64,000 nucleotides of DNA from Bacteroidales bacterium (GTDB lineage Bacteria; Bacteroidota; Bacteroidia; Bacteroidales; Tenuifilaceae), in NCBI GenBank assembly GCA_025361485.1, contig JANYLA010000162.1:3969-67968 (forward strand). Direction: 5' to 3'. Below the pieces are notes generated by a model. That model did not search any database. It was not told the origin of the DNA and was given only the letters and a program-made list of their open reading frames with translations. Within the stretch, counting starts at the first letter, position 1, and the number at the start of each line of letters is the position of its first letter. Shown here piece by piece: positions 1 through 10,275 of the stretch. The position numbers were made by a program, and so were the translations under genes.

Positions 1-1
1 T

Positions 2-3000
2 GCTGGTGGTAGTGGCAAAGGTGATGGTGTAAAAATTATGTCGCTCCAAATTTTTGGTGGACTATTTGAGAACTCATATATCTATGCTGCCGATAATGGT
101 TCTGTAATATCTCAAAATAGCTGGGGCTATACTAATCCATACGCATACGACCAGTCAGTAAAAGAGGCCATCGACTATTTTGTTGCCGAAGCAGGAAATT
201 ATCCTGGAAGTCCAATGAAGGGCGGTATTGTAATTTTCGCAGCAGGAAATAGCAACTATGATAGCGAGTGGTATCCCGGATACTTTTCGAATGTTTTGGC
301 AGTTGCTTCAATTGGTCCAGAATGGAAAAAAGCTAGCTACTCAAATTTTGGTAGCTGGGTAGAATTATCGGCAACTGGTGGCGATCAGGATACCTACGGA
401 ACAAAAAGCGGAGTGCTAAGCACTGCTCCTAAAGATCAATATGCCTATTTACAGGGAACATCAATGGCTTGTCCACATGTTTCGGGGATAGCAGCATTGG
501 CGTTAGCCAATAGAACCAAACAGCTTACAAACGCTGAACTCTGGAATAAACTTGTAACAGGTGTTGTTGACATTGAGCAGTACAACCCCGATTATTTAGG
601 CAAATTAGGTTCAGGCGCAATTGATGCTTCATTGGCCATTGCAAACGATCAGGGTGTTGCTCCTGTTACAATATCAAACTTAGCAGTGACGGGTATTGCA
701 CAGGAATTTGCTACATTATCTTGGACGGTTCCTTCTGATTTAGATGATATAAAACCAACTAATTTCCAACTATACTACTTTACTGAGCCAATAACCGCTT
801 CGAATCTAAATTTAGCGACCAAAGTAGTTCTCAAAAACGATAAAAATGCTGGTCAGAGCTACACCTATGAGGTTAACGGATTACTTGGTCTAACTACCTA
901 TTATTTTGCAATAACTTCAACCGACCGTTGGGGCAACATCTCTGTTCTATCAAATGTAGTTTCAGAAACTACCAACCAAGGTCCATCCATTGCTGTTGAT
1001 GAAAACAGTCAATCCATCAATCTGGAAATTGATGCAGCAAATACAACAACAGCATCGCATGAAATCACCATTCTTAACAATGCAACTGGTCTTTTACGCT
1101 GGAACCACTTCATGCGCCATAGCAATACCTCTTTGGCATACAATGCAATTGGGCTTAAATACCCAAAAGTAAGGAAGCAAATTGGCATTAACGATGTACA
1201 TGTTAGGCTTCAAAACGCATCAGTAAATAACAATAAGCTAAGAAGTAAAACTTCAACTTCTTCGTTTACCGAAATCGAGAAATCATACATAAGCTATGTA
1301 ACCAATATTGTTGGCGATACCGATACGAGTTTAACCAATTCATCTGCAACTAAATTTTATGTTAGCGAAGCTAACGGTTTCAACTTAACTCAGGTTCAAA
1401 CCTATATTAAACATGATCCTTCCAAAGGACCTGTAATTGTTGAAATATACAAAGGTTTAGCGTTATCTAAAAGCAATTTAATCTATGCTCAAGAGTATAG
1501 TAACAATTCAACCGAAGAAGCAACTGGTTACATAACCTTAAATGAACAGCTCTACTTTGAACATGGTGAAACATTCTGGGTAGTAGTTCATGTTCCCTCA
1601 GGAAACTTATACCCGCTGGGTATTGGCCCTGAGGCTGATGCAGCATACTCAAAAAACTGTTTCATTTCATTTAACTTAGGTCAAAACTGGGTATCGCTAG
1701 AAGAAGCCCTCAACGATAAAAGGTTTGTTTGGGCAGTTACTGCAGTTAGCCAGAATGAGCACTTGGGTAGTTATCTGACTTTAGAACCGGGCTCAGGAGA
1801 TGTTGAAGGTAATTCTCAAACAACAGCTCTGTTAAGTGCAAATGCAACAACCCTTATTAATGGTTCATATAGCGCCAACCTTGTTCTAGCATCAAATGAT
1901 GTAAACAAAAAGGAACTTAGAGTGCCTGTAAATCTAACCGTTTCGGGTCATCAGCCAAATATTAAACTTGTTGATATTGCTGAGTTTGGAAATATTTTCC
2001 TAGGTTCATCAAAAACTTTAGAGCTGGTAATCGAGAACCAAGGTCTTGGTAATTTTAACGATGTTGATTATAGCGTAGGCGGTTCAGAGTTTATTATTGA
2101 CGGATGGAATCCATCTCAAATAAAAGCTCGCAACGAGGTGGTTCTGAAGGTGAAATTTACACCAACTCAAATCGGGAATATCAACGATGTGCTTACCATT
2201 ACCAATGGTGCGCTTACATATCAAATTTCGCTATTCGGAGTTGGTGCTGAAACATCAAAAATTGAAATTACTCCTTTAACCCAAACTGTCGATAATATTA
2301 CGATTGGTGATGAAATATCTGCAACTATTACAGTTAGCAATACTGGTGCTTACCCATTAAAGTACTTCATTCCAGAGTTCGATACAAAGGGTGTTAGCAA
2401 TAACTGGCCAACAAAATACCATAAATATGGGTATAAGCAAAGGTCGAACAGGGTAACTGAGGCTAACCCAATTGCTTTTGATTTCAACGATATAAAAACA
2501 ACAGGTATTGAAATTACAAGCCAGATAAATACAAATTTCAAGTATGCTACCATAAACTTAGGTTTTGACTTCCCTTACTATGGTCAAAATATGCAAACTC
2601 TTTACGTTGCAAAGGGTGGTTTCACAACATTTGACAATTCTGTAAATCCAGTAAATACACCAAGGCTAAACGATTCGTGGGGGCCTAAAGGTTATATCTC
2701 TCCATTGGGTGGTTACTTCTCTTTTGTTTCTCAGGGTCAAGTTTTCTATCAAATTGAAGCAGACAGAGTAATTGTACAGTACGATAAGGTTTGCGATGGT
2801 TACAATTTGGATGACTATTTCACTGTACAACAGGTTCTGTTTGCCAACGGCGATATACGCTTCTACTACGATCATGTAGGAACAACCGATTATCTGAATA
2901 TCCTAATTGATAATTTAGATCAAAATGATGGGATACTAGTTCAAGATTATAGCCAACTAATAGAAATGTATGATGGGCTAGCATTAGGTTTTGATTATCC

Positions 3001-6000
3001 TGGACCAAGTATAATTAAGAGTATTACGAATGGTTCTGGTATTCTTGCTCCAGGTAATTCGACAACTGTTAATGTAACCATGGAAACATCTTCTTTATCT
3101 GAAGGAACCGTAAATCGATACATTAACTTCATTAATAACGATCCTTCAAATAGTCAGGTAAATGCATTAGTTAAATTGAACATCAACGATGGTGGTATTG
3201 TAAAGCCAGAGGTTTCAACAGATACAATTGCCTTTGGAGATGTATTTCAGGGAGCAGTAAAATCGAGCATGTTTAGTGTTAAAAACTCGGGCACTGCAAA
3301 TGTTGACATTTCAAATATGGCTTTTGTTAATGGAAGTTTTAACATAACCGGAGAGTTAACCACATCAATAAAGCCTGGCCTATTCAGTAACTATAAGATA
3401 GAAGTGCCTACAAATACTTTAGCAACGTTGGAGGATTGGCTATCAATTAACTACGCTGATGGCTCACACGATACTATCTATGTAACTGCTAAAATAGTAG
3501 ATGCACCGGGTATTAATATTAACCTCGACTTAATGCAGCAAACACTTGCCTATGGTGATTCGCTAAGTGTTCCTTTTTCTATAGAAAACACAGGATTAGG
3601 AAAACTCGAAATAACTACAAAAGGCAAAGAGTGGTTGTCATTCGAAGCACCAACCTCAACACCCGAAGATGTTACTTATACCTATGAAAAGTACAACCAG
3701 GGTGAAGTATATCAGTGGATCGATATTCGTAAAACAGGAATACAACTACCTTTCTATGATTTCAACAATTACCAAGAGACTTTCTGGAGAAAACTTACTC
3801 TTCCCTTTGCCATTGAATTCTATGGGGAGAAGTATACCTCCTTTAAGATTGGTGATAATGGTATAATCTCGTTCGAGGAAAATCCAGAAGCTTCATTTTT
3901 CACAGACTACATTCCTACTCAAACTCATCCAGGTCCATGTATTATGCCTTATTGGACATTTAGCGGTTTCTCTGATTATATGTTCGCAAAAGAGGATATT
4001 GGAATATTCTACAAGTTCTACAACGATAAGATAATAGTAACATGGAGCTACTTTGTAAATAATTTCGGTGGAATGGGTGATCCTGTTTCTGCTCAAGTTA
4101 TATTCTATAAAAATGGAACCATGAAATTCCAGTACAAAGCCGAAGAGGGTGGTGCAGATGCTACATCGCATTTCTCTACCATAGGATTACAGAAGGATAG
4201 CAAAAATGGAATCATGATTTCTGAATATCAGGATCTTGATTACGGTAAGGGCCTTGCCTACGTTCTAGTTCCAGCTAAGAAACTAATAATTGAGCCAAAC
4301 AGTACCTTAACAGGTCAACTAAACCTTGATGCTCGCAACGTATTTGGTGGTATATACAACCAAGCGTTAAAGATACAAACTAATGTTCCGGGTAAAGAGA
4401 ATTTAGAGAAACCTGTAGAGCTAACCGTTACTGGCGATGCGATATTTACCGCTGAGACAATGGTTGATTTTGGAACAAAGATGGTTGCGTTGGAATGGGG
4501 AATGCCAAAAGCAAACTTTAAAGAATTTACCATTAAAAACGATGGTGCTGCACCATACGATATTACTTGGGCTCAGATGGCCAATGGTACTATGGGGCTA
4601 AGCTTACAAATTTACGCATTGGTTGATGGTTGGTTTGGGCCAGAATGGCGTTGGGCTGATATTTCGGAAATCTATTCGCCTTGGGCTATGTCTACTCCTA
4701 CTTTTACTGTAAAACCTGGCGATGAACTTAATGTAAGAGCTACTTTTGCTCCAGGAGCAGCAGGCGATTTCACCGACGACCTGGTTTTAACAACTAGCAT
4801 TGGTGAAAAGCACATAACGCTTAAAGGTTCTGCGATTGAACCTCCTGTTATTAACGTGGTCAAAACACCTATTATCGTTTCGATGAATACTTTTAGCGAA
4901 ACAGCCGATAAAAATATCAGCTTTGGTAATGTTGAGGGTAAATCTGACTTAGATTATGCTATTAGTATAGAGTACGGAAGAGTTGAGGCTACAAGCACAA
5001 ACAGCATCAAAAATGTATCAACTGCAAGTAAACTATCGCTTAAATCAACTATAGCATCTACAAAAAATAGCGCTCAGTCTAAAACATCTTACAATAGGGT
5101 TATTACCTACACCGATAAGAAAATTCCCAATACTTTTATTGGTAACGGTGGTTCATCATCACTCACCATTGCTACAAAGTATAATGCTGGCTCACAAGTG
5201 TTCAACCTATCTCACATAGAAACATTTATGAGAACTGAAGGGCTAATTAGCGGTACTATTGAGGTAAATATTTTAGCTGGTGGATCATCAATCGGAAATG
5301 CATCAAAGATAGCGCAAGGTAAACTCGAATTTACTGGTTCAGGTAGTGATGAGTCAGGTGCATGGTATCAGGTAAAGATGGATAAAGCGGCTAAGATTTA
5401 TCCAAATGAAGACTTCTACGTTTCAGTGACTTTCCCATTTGGTATTGCTTACCCGATTGGATCAATCACTAATTCCGAGATAGTTGCTGGTCGATACCTG
5501 TATTACAACGAAGGGAGTTGGGGAGATATACAGCTAATTAGCGGATTTGAAACCATTGGCTGGTTAATGTTTGCAGCAGAGGAAACTGCCGATAATTCAT
5601 CGTGGTTAACAATCACATCGGCTCAAGAGGGAACATTAGCAATGGGTGATGCTAGTGATGTAAACCTTCACTTCGAAAGTGCTTATGCACAGCGTGGTGA
5701 TCAAATTGCTAACATAGTATTTACCTCAAACGATCCTAATTCGCCAGTTGTGAAAGTACCAGTTAAACTACACGTTAATGAAGGTCCTCATTTCGAAGGC
5801 TTAACAGATAATATAGTTGTGGCAGAGAATGAGACTTTATCATTAACATATAAAGTAGTGGATTTAGAAGGAAATACATTTACTATAGCGCCAGAAACCA
5901 GCTATAGCAAATTGAGCTACAACTTTACCAATGGTAAACTGACTGTTACTTTAACACCAACCTATGGTGATGCTGGTCTTTACACTTATACATTCAAAGC

Positions 6001-6607
6001 AACCGATGAGTTCAATGCCATCAGCGAGCTAAAACTTAATGTTGAAGTAACACCAACCAACCGTGCGCCAATATTTATCGGAACAAGTAAAGAAATAGTT
6101 TACCATACTACTGGTAATTTAGTTGAATATGCTCTAAATAATTTCTTTAATGATCCGGATAACGATGCAATCACTTTCAGTGTAGTTAGCGGTAATAGCA
6201 ATGTATTAGAAGTTTTTGCTTCGACAAATCAGTTTATTGTTAAACCTAAAAATTTAGGCAACACCACTTTATCATTTACAGTTAAAGATAGCCATGGGGC
6301 TGTTTTGAATGATGTAATTAACGTTTTGGTAGATGGAACTAGTAGTATTACAAACGAAGAAAACGATGGAATTAAAGCATTCCCTAATCCAACCAACGGA
6401 AACTTCTATGTAACACTACCTCAGGGTACTGACAATAACACATCCATAAAAATTACGAATGTTATTGGTTCGGTTCTATACGAGGCCAAAACGGTTAATA
6501 CCTCAAACCCCAATAAACTTGATATTTCTGGTTATCCAAATGGAATATATTTTGTGAAAGTAACGGGAAGTGGATTGGATTCAACGATTAAGGTGGTAAA
6601 AAACTAA
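2..6607 (+). CDS. Giant secreted subtilisin-family (peptidase S8) protein, 5'-partial at the window edge, with FN3, repeated beta-sandwich adhesin-like modules, cadherin-like repeats and a type IX secretion (T9SS) C-terminal sorting domain
   Basis: The frame is open from base 2, so the ATG at 38 is internal. S8 motifs are present: SQNSWGY, FAAGNSN (oxyanion Asn) and catalytic Ser GTSMACPHVSGIAALA. FN3-like LSWTVPS...YYFAITSTDRWGN and cadherin-like NRAPIF...DPDNDAITFSV follow. The last ~80 aa (FPNPTNGNFYV...GIYFVKV) fit the T9SS CTD pattern. Confidence 0.85.
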   Translation, partial: AGGSGKGDGVKIMSLQIFGGLFENSYIYAADNGSVISQNSWGYTNPYAYDQSVKEAIDYFVAEAGNYPGSPMKGGIVIFAAGNSNYDSEWYPGYFSNVLAVASIGPEWKKASYSNFGSWVELSATGGDQDTYGTKSGVLSTAPKDQYAYLQGTSMACPHVSGIAALALANRTKQLTNAELWNKLVTGVVDIEQYNPDYLGKLGSGAIDASLAIANDQGVAPVTISNLAVTGIAQEFATLSWTVPSDLDDIKPTNFQLYYFTEPITASNLNLATKVVLKNDKNAGQSYTYEVNGLLGLTTYYFAITSTDRWGNISVLSNVVSETTNQGPSIAVDENSQSINLEIDAANTTTASHEITILNNATGLLRWNHFMRHSNTSLAYNAIGLKYPKVRKQIGINDVHVRLQNASVNNNKLRSKTSTSSFTEIEKSYISYVTNIVGDTDTSLTNSSATKFYVSEANGFNLTQVQTYIKHDPSKGPVIVEIYKGLALSKSNLIYAQEYSNNSTEEATGYITLNEQLYFEHGETFWVVVHVPSGNLYPLGIGPEADAAYSKNCFISFNLGQNWVSLEEALNDKRFVWAVTAVSQNEHLGSYLTLEPGSGDVEGNSQTTALLSANATTLINGSYSANLVLASNDVNKKELRVPVNLTVSGHQPNIKLVDIAEFGNIFLGSSKTLELVIENQGLGNFNDVDYSVGGSEFIIDGWNPSQIKARNEVVLKVKFTPTQIGNINDVLTITNGALTYQISLFGVGAETSKIEITPLTQTVDNITIGDEISATITVSNTGAYPLKYFIPEFDTKGVSNNWPTKYHKYGYKQRSNRVTEANPIAFDFNDIKTTGIEITSQINTNFKYATINLGFDFPYYGQNMQTLYVAKGGFTTFDNSVNPVNTPRLNDSWGPKGYISPLGGYFSFVSQGQVFYQIEADRVIVQYDKVCDGYNLDDYFTVQQVLFANGDIRFYYDHVGTTDYLNILIDNLDQNDGILVQDYSQLIEMYDGLALGFDYPGPSIIKSITNGSGILAPGNSTTVNVTMETSSLSEGTVNRYINFINNDPSNSQVNALVKLNINDGGIVKPEVSTDTIAFGDVFQGAVKSSMFSVKNSGTANVDISNMAFVNGSFNITGELTTSIKPGLFSNYKIEVPTNTLATLEDWLSINYADGSHDTIYVTAKIVDAPGININLDLMQQTLAYGDSLSVPFSIENTGLGKLEITTKGKEWLSFEAPTSTPEDVTYTYEKYNQGEVYQWIDIRKTGIQLPFYDFNNYQETFWRKLTLPFAIEFYGEKYTSFKIGDNGIISFEENPEASFFTDYIPTQTHPGPCIMPYWTFSGFSDYMFAKEDIGIFYKFYNDKIIVTWSYFVNNFGGMGDPVSAQVIFYKNGTMKFQYKAEEGGADATSHFSTIGLQKDSKNGIMISEYQDLDYGKGLAYVLVPAKKLIIEPNSTLTGQLNLDARNVFGGIYNQALKIQTNVPGKENLEKPVELTVTGDAIFTAETMVDFGTKMVALEWGMPKANFKEFTIKNDGAAPYDITWAQMANGTMGLSLQIYALVDGWFGPEWRWADISEIYSPWAMSTPTFTVKPGDELNVRATFAPGAAGDFTDDLVLTTSIGEKHITLKGSAIEPPVINVVKTPIIVSMNTFSETADKNISFGNVEGKSDLDYAISIEYGRVEATSTNSIKNVSTASKLSLKSTIASTKNSAQSKTSYNRVITYTDKKIPNTFIGNGGSSSLTIATKYNAGSQVFNLSHIETFMRTEGLISGTIEVNILAGGSSIGNASKIAQGKLEFTGSGSDESGAWYQVKMDKAAKIYPNEDFYVSVTFPFGIAYPIGSITNSEIVAGRYLYYNEGSWGDIQLISGFETIGWLMFAAEETADNSSWLTITSAQEGTLAMGDASDVNLHFESAYAQRGDQIANIVFTSNDPNSPVVKVPVKLHVNEGPHFEGLTDNIVVAENETLSLTYKVVDLEGNTFTIAPETSYSKLSYNFTNGKLTVTLTPTYGDAGLYTYTFKATDEFNAISELKLNVEVTPTNRAPIFIGTSKEIVYHTTGNLVEYALNNFFNDPDNDAITFSVVSGNSNVLEVFASTNQFIVKPKNLGNTTLSFTVKDSHGAVLNDVINVLVDGTSSITNEENDGIKAFPNPTNGNFYVTLPQGTDNNTSIKITNVIGSVLYEAKTVNTSNPNKLDISGYPNGIYFVKVTGSGLDSTIKVVKN

Positions 6608-6621
6608 ACTTAATCAAACAG

Positions 6622-6660
6622 AGGAAGACTCCGATAATACCGATTGGAGTCTTCCTTAAT
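6622..6660 (+). terminator. Hairpin downstream of the S8 protease gene
   Basis: 11-bp inverted repeat aggaagactcc / ggagtcttcct (6622-6632 and 6646-6656) with a 13-nt loop, followed by a T/A-rich tail. The U-tract is weak. Confidence 0.5.
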
Positions 6661-6674
6661 TTAACTATTGAATT

Positions 6675-7061
6675 ATGGAACTCAAAGCAAAAGCAAGATA
6701 TTTATTAATTGAAGTTAATCAACCTAAACTTTTTGGAATCAATTCAGGCATTGAATTGACTCAGTTAGAACCAAGATATAGCAATGAATACTCAGGATTC
6801 ATAATAATTGACAGAAATAATAATACTCAAATCTGGAGTCCCCACTTTTTTAAATCACTAGGATTCCTTCCGAATGAAATATCGCCTTCGTATGAGAGTC
6901 TTGAAAAAATAATCCATCCATCGGATTTCGAGATAATCAAAAATATTACTCAAGAGATGGGGAATCTAATAAGCAAGGCTTTTATGATTAAAATAAGATA
7001 CAAAACAAAATTCAATACTTACAGAGTGTTGAAATCAAGAGTGAAATTAATAGGCCAATAG
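6675..7061 (+). CDS. Small PAS-like domain protein (hypothetical)
   Basis: 128-aa ORF. IWSPHFFKSLGFLPNEISPSYESLEKIIHPSDFEIIKNITQEM resembles a PAS_3-type core. No output domain is present. Confidence 0.4.
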   Translation: MELKAKARYLLIEVNQPKLFGINSGIELTQLEPRYSNEYSGFIIIDRNNNTQIWSPHFFKSLGFLPNEISPSYESLEKIIHPSDFEIIKNITQEMGNLISKAFMIKIRYKTKFNTYRVLKSRVKLIGQ

Positions 7062-7124
7062 ATAGGTTCGATTAATTGGTTTGGTTCTCCATCAAAACCA
7101 TAGTTTAGTTAGGTTTTTAGGTTA

Positions 7125-7156
7125 GTTCCGGAATGAGGATTCCGGAACTTTTTTTT
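7125..7156 (+). terminator. Rho-independent terminator
   Basis: Perfect 10-bp stem gttccggaat / attccggaac with loop gagg, followed by an 8-T run. Confidence 0.8.
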
Positions 7157-7161
7157 ATAAA

Positions 7162-9486
7162 TTAACTCTTATTCTTTTTATTCTTGGTTTGCCCATAATG
7201 ATATCCATACCCATAATTATTGCCATAGTAACCATATCCAAAATATTTTGTACTCAAATCATTTGCGGCAATGGCAACTTTTTTAAACTCCTTTTGCGAT
7301 ATAGATGATAATATCTTCTCAATACTATTAATTCTACTGTGATTATACCTTACAATAAAAAGCAACAAATCAGAATTTTGAGCAAGTATATAGCTATCGG
7401 CAACAATACCAATCGGTGGAGAATCGATTACAATAATCTCGTACCTCTCTTTTAATTTACTCAAAAGCTCTAGCATTTTGGGCGAGTCGATTAGTTCAGT
7501 TGCATTGGGTGGAACTAAGCCTGAAGAAATGAACGATAGATTCTCAACTTCAGATCCCTGAATCAACTTCTCAAAATCGGTATTATTACTTAGATATGCA
7601 CTTAAACCGCTTATCGAATCATTCTTAAAGAAGAACTCTTTCTCAGGTTTACGTAAATCACAGTTTACCAAAACCGTTTTATGTCCAGCCAATGCAAAGC
7701 TTGCAGCAATATTTCTCGACACATAGCTTTTCCCTTCTCCTGAGAACGTTGAGGTAACAAGGATAACTTTTGACTCACCACCACCTATTAAAAATTTTAT
7801 ATTTGTTCTCAACAACCGATATGAATCTGAGAAAACTGAAATTTGCTCCTGATTAACAACGAATGGTCCGTCTGAATCTGAATGAATTAGTTCACCAACT
7901 ACTGGGTATCCTAACTTATCAAGTTGACTAGAATCTTCAAATTTATCAATTAGCTGCGAACGCAGGTATATAATTAAAAAAGGCAAAGCAACGCTAAAGA
8001 AAATAGCCATCAACAGGTTCAGTCGCTTATTCGGAGATACAATTACAGCCCGAACAACCGATGCTTCATCTAAAACCTCATTCTCTGGAAAGTTAGAGGC
8101 TGACGCTATTTGTAACTCAGACCTCTTGGTTAAAAGGAAAGTGTAAATTTCATCATTTAGCTTAAACTTACGTTGAAACGAAAGCAGCTGCTTCTCTTTC
8201 TCGGGTATCTTAGAAACTTCCAGCTGGTATTTTGAAATACGATTATCTAGGTTTTTAATAGCAATTTTAGTAGAATATATTAATCCATTAATCGTTTCGA
8301 GAACAGTTTTTTTACGCTCTTCAATTTTGTAGTCAATAGCCCCAAGCATAGGATTTTCCTTCTTTGAATTTACTGTAATCTCAGTTTTTTCAGAATAAAA
8401 TTGAATTAGGTCTAAAACCAATTTATTTAACACCTCATCGGCAATTCCCATCGATGAAGGAACCACCAACTTGTTTAACTCAAGATTTTGTGTTATTGAA
8501 CTCCTTAAATAATCGTAATAGTTCAGAAATACTGTAGATTGTGCTTTATCACGCTCAAGTCCATCAAGCAACTCATAAGCCTTTTGTGTTTGAAAGTCAA
8601 GATTGGTAGCACCCTTAATTCTGCGAAACTTCTCCAATTGCTCTTCAGAATAATGCAATGAATCAGTAACATTTTCAAGCTGATTTTCAATAAATCGAAT
8701 AGTATTTAATGCAATCCTGTTTTTACGTTTTACGCCACGGTTAAGAAATGATTGTGAGAGAGCATCAAGAAAATCAGCAGCTCTTTTAGGAGATTGATCT
8801 TTAAACCGAAGGGTGATTGTTGAAGAAAATTTTTCTTCAATAAGTTCAACTCTATTGAAACTAGATATTAAGTTCTCTTTAGAATTAAGTGAAAGCTGAT
8901 AGTTTTTACCAATTGTTTTATTTGAATTGGGAATTATTCTAAAGCGGAAAGAAGGTGATTCAAAGTAACTTCCAAATGTAATAGTGTCTGATACTTTCTT
9001 CTCTGCATCAACATCAAGATAATCAATCACTACTCGTGTTTCGTCCAACGACAAAACTGACAGTATAATATTTTTATTCTGAAAATGGGTAGAGTCAATT
9101 GAAATGCGAAAAGGAGGTGGATATACCAATTTGGTTTTAAAACCATCTTTATACCACCAATTCGCTTCTAGCGGAAGCTTTTGAAGCGCCTCAGAGGTTA
9201 GAGAATAACTCCCTAATACCTGCATCTCCTTTTTAACCTTGTAGGAATTTGGGGCGAAAGCTTGACTAATCATCATCTGAGGATCCATAAATGTTGAACC
9301 CTCATCATTAATCAATATTTTTGTTTCAACCTGATAAATTGGTATCGAAAAAAAAGTCCATAGAAATGCAGCCGTTACAAAGAATGCTATTGATGCTGTA
9401 AACCAATACCAATTTCTGTAAAGTATTCCTAATACCTTCTTAAAGTCTATTGTATTCTCCTCCCTTTCAACCTCTCGGTGATTCAT
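7162..9486 (-). CDS. Polysaccharide co-polymerase / tyrosine autokinase (Wzc/GumC-like chain-length determinant with BY-kinase domain)
   Basis: 774 aa with an N-terminal TM, a long coiled periplasmic region and a second TM. Walker A is FSGEGKSYVS and Walker A'-like is IIVIDSPP. The C-terminal Tyr cluster is YFGYGYYGNNYGYGYHYG. Confidence 0.85.
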   Translation of the reverse strand: MNHREVEREENTIDFKKVLGILYRNWYWFTASIAFFVTAAFLWTFFSIPIYQVETKILINDEGSTFMDPQMMISQAFAPNSYKVKKEMQVLGSYSLTSEALQKLPLEANWWYKDGFKTKLVYPPPFRISIDSTHFQNKNIILSVLSLDETRVVIDYLDVDAEKKVSDTITFGSYFESPSFRFRIIPNSNKTIGKNYQLSLNSKENLISSFNRVELIEEKFSSTITLRFKDQSPKRAADFLDALSQSFLNRGVKRKNRIALNTIRFIENQLENVTDSLHYSEEQLEKFRRIKGATNLDFQTQKAYELLDGLERDKAQSTVFLNYYDYLRSSITQNLELNKLVVPSSMGIADEVLNKLVLDLIQFYSEKTEITVNSKKENPMLGAIDYKIEERKKTVLETINGLIYSTKIAIKNLDNRISKYQLEVSKIPEKEKQLLSFQRKFKLNDEIYTFLLTKRSELQIASASNFPENEVLDEASVVRAVIVSPNKRLNLLMAIFFSVALPFLIIYLRSQLIDKFEDSSQLDKLGYPVVGELIHSDSDGPFVVNQEQISVFSDSYRLLRTNIKFLIGGGESKVILVTSTFSGEGKSYVSRNIAASFALAGHKTVLVNCDLRKPEKEFFFKNDSISGLSAYLSNNTDFEKLIQGSEVENLSFISSGLVPPNATELIDSPKMLELLSKLKERYEIIVIDSPPIGIVADSYILAQNSDLLLFIVRYNHSRINSIEKILSSISQKEFKKVAIAANDLSTKYFGYGYYGNNYGYGYHYGQTKNKKNKS

Positions 9487-9492
9487 ATTTTT

Positions 9493-10260
9493 TTACTTCA
9501 AAAAGATATTCAAAGCAAGTAGGGCCAATGAAAGAGTTGAAATTAGGAGATAGGGAGCAGAGCCAATATTAGTTTTAGCTTTTACTGGTTGGATGTAAAC
9601 AATATCATTTGGCATTAAATAAAAGAATTCAGACTCTAATATTTTCTGATTGGTCATATCAAGTACCTGAACCTGAGATCCTGTATCAGTTTGTCTTACA
9701 AGAGTTACCTTTCTAAGGTTACTAAAATCTTTAGCTCCTCCGGCAAGTCCTAATGCTTGAAAAAGATTAACCTGCTCCTTTTCAATAGTAAAAGAGCCTG
9801 GGCTATTTACTTCACCAAGGACGGATACTTGAAAACTAACAAGTTTTACAACAACCGTACACTCTTTAAAATACTCATTCAGCGCTTTCTGAATCAAATT
9901 TTTAGATTCCTCAATCGACAATCCCTCAACAAGCAGTTTATCGATAAATGATACGTGTATGAAACCGCTTTCATCAATCGTATAGCTATTGAGGAACATA
10001 TACGTTTGATTCATCAGGTTTGGTAAATCGCTCTGGAAAAACTTTGAAGTTTTTTCATCAACGCTATAAACTTTAATGTAAAGGTTATCGCCCTTATGCA
10101 ACTTGTACGAAGCTTTTCCTGAGTTAGTAAAAGTTCCTGTTTGCTCAGATAAACCTTGAAGCATCAGAATATTTTTCCGAGAAGCACATCCTGTTAATAG
10201 TAGCGCTGGCAACATTAGTACTATTGCCATTTTCAGAAAATAAGTGGTTAAGTTTTTCAT
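9493..10260 (-). CDS. Polysaccharide export outer-membrane lipoprotein (Wza-like, Poly_export + SLBB)
   Basis: Lipoprotein signal LLLTGCAS. YKLHKGDNLYIKVY is the Poly_export motif and VSVLGEVNSPGSFTI is SLBB-like. It sits immediately upstream of the Wzc-like gene. Confidence 0.8.
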   Translation of the reverse strand: MKNLTTYFLKMAIVLMLPALLLTGCASRKNILMLQGLSEQTGTFTNSGKASYKLHKGDNLYIKVYSVDEKTSKFFQSDLPNLMNQTYMFLNSYTIDESGFIHVSFIDKLLVEGLSIEESKNLIQKALNEYFKECTVVVKLVSFQVSVLGEVNSPGSFTIEKEQVNLFQALGLAGGAKDFSNLRKVTLVRQTDTGSQVQVLDMTNQKILESEFFYLMPNDIVYIQPVKAKTNIGSAPYLLISTLSLALLALNIFLK

Positions 10261-10275
10261 TGTATTGTTGTTTTT

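Noticed and set aside
9757-9951. 64-aa plus-strand ORF inside the Wza-like gene, and similar short antisense ORFs throughout the track
   Set aside because: All are embedded in longer, motif-supported genes on the opposite strand or in another frame. No motif or context supports them.
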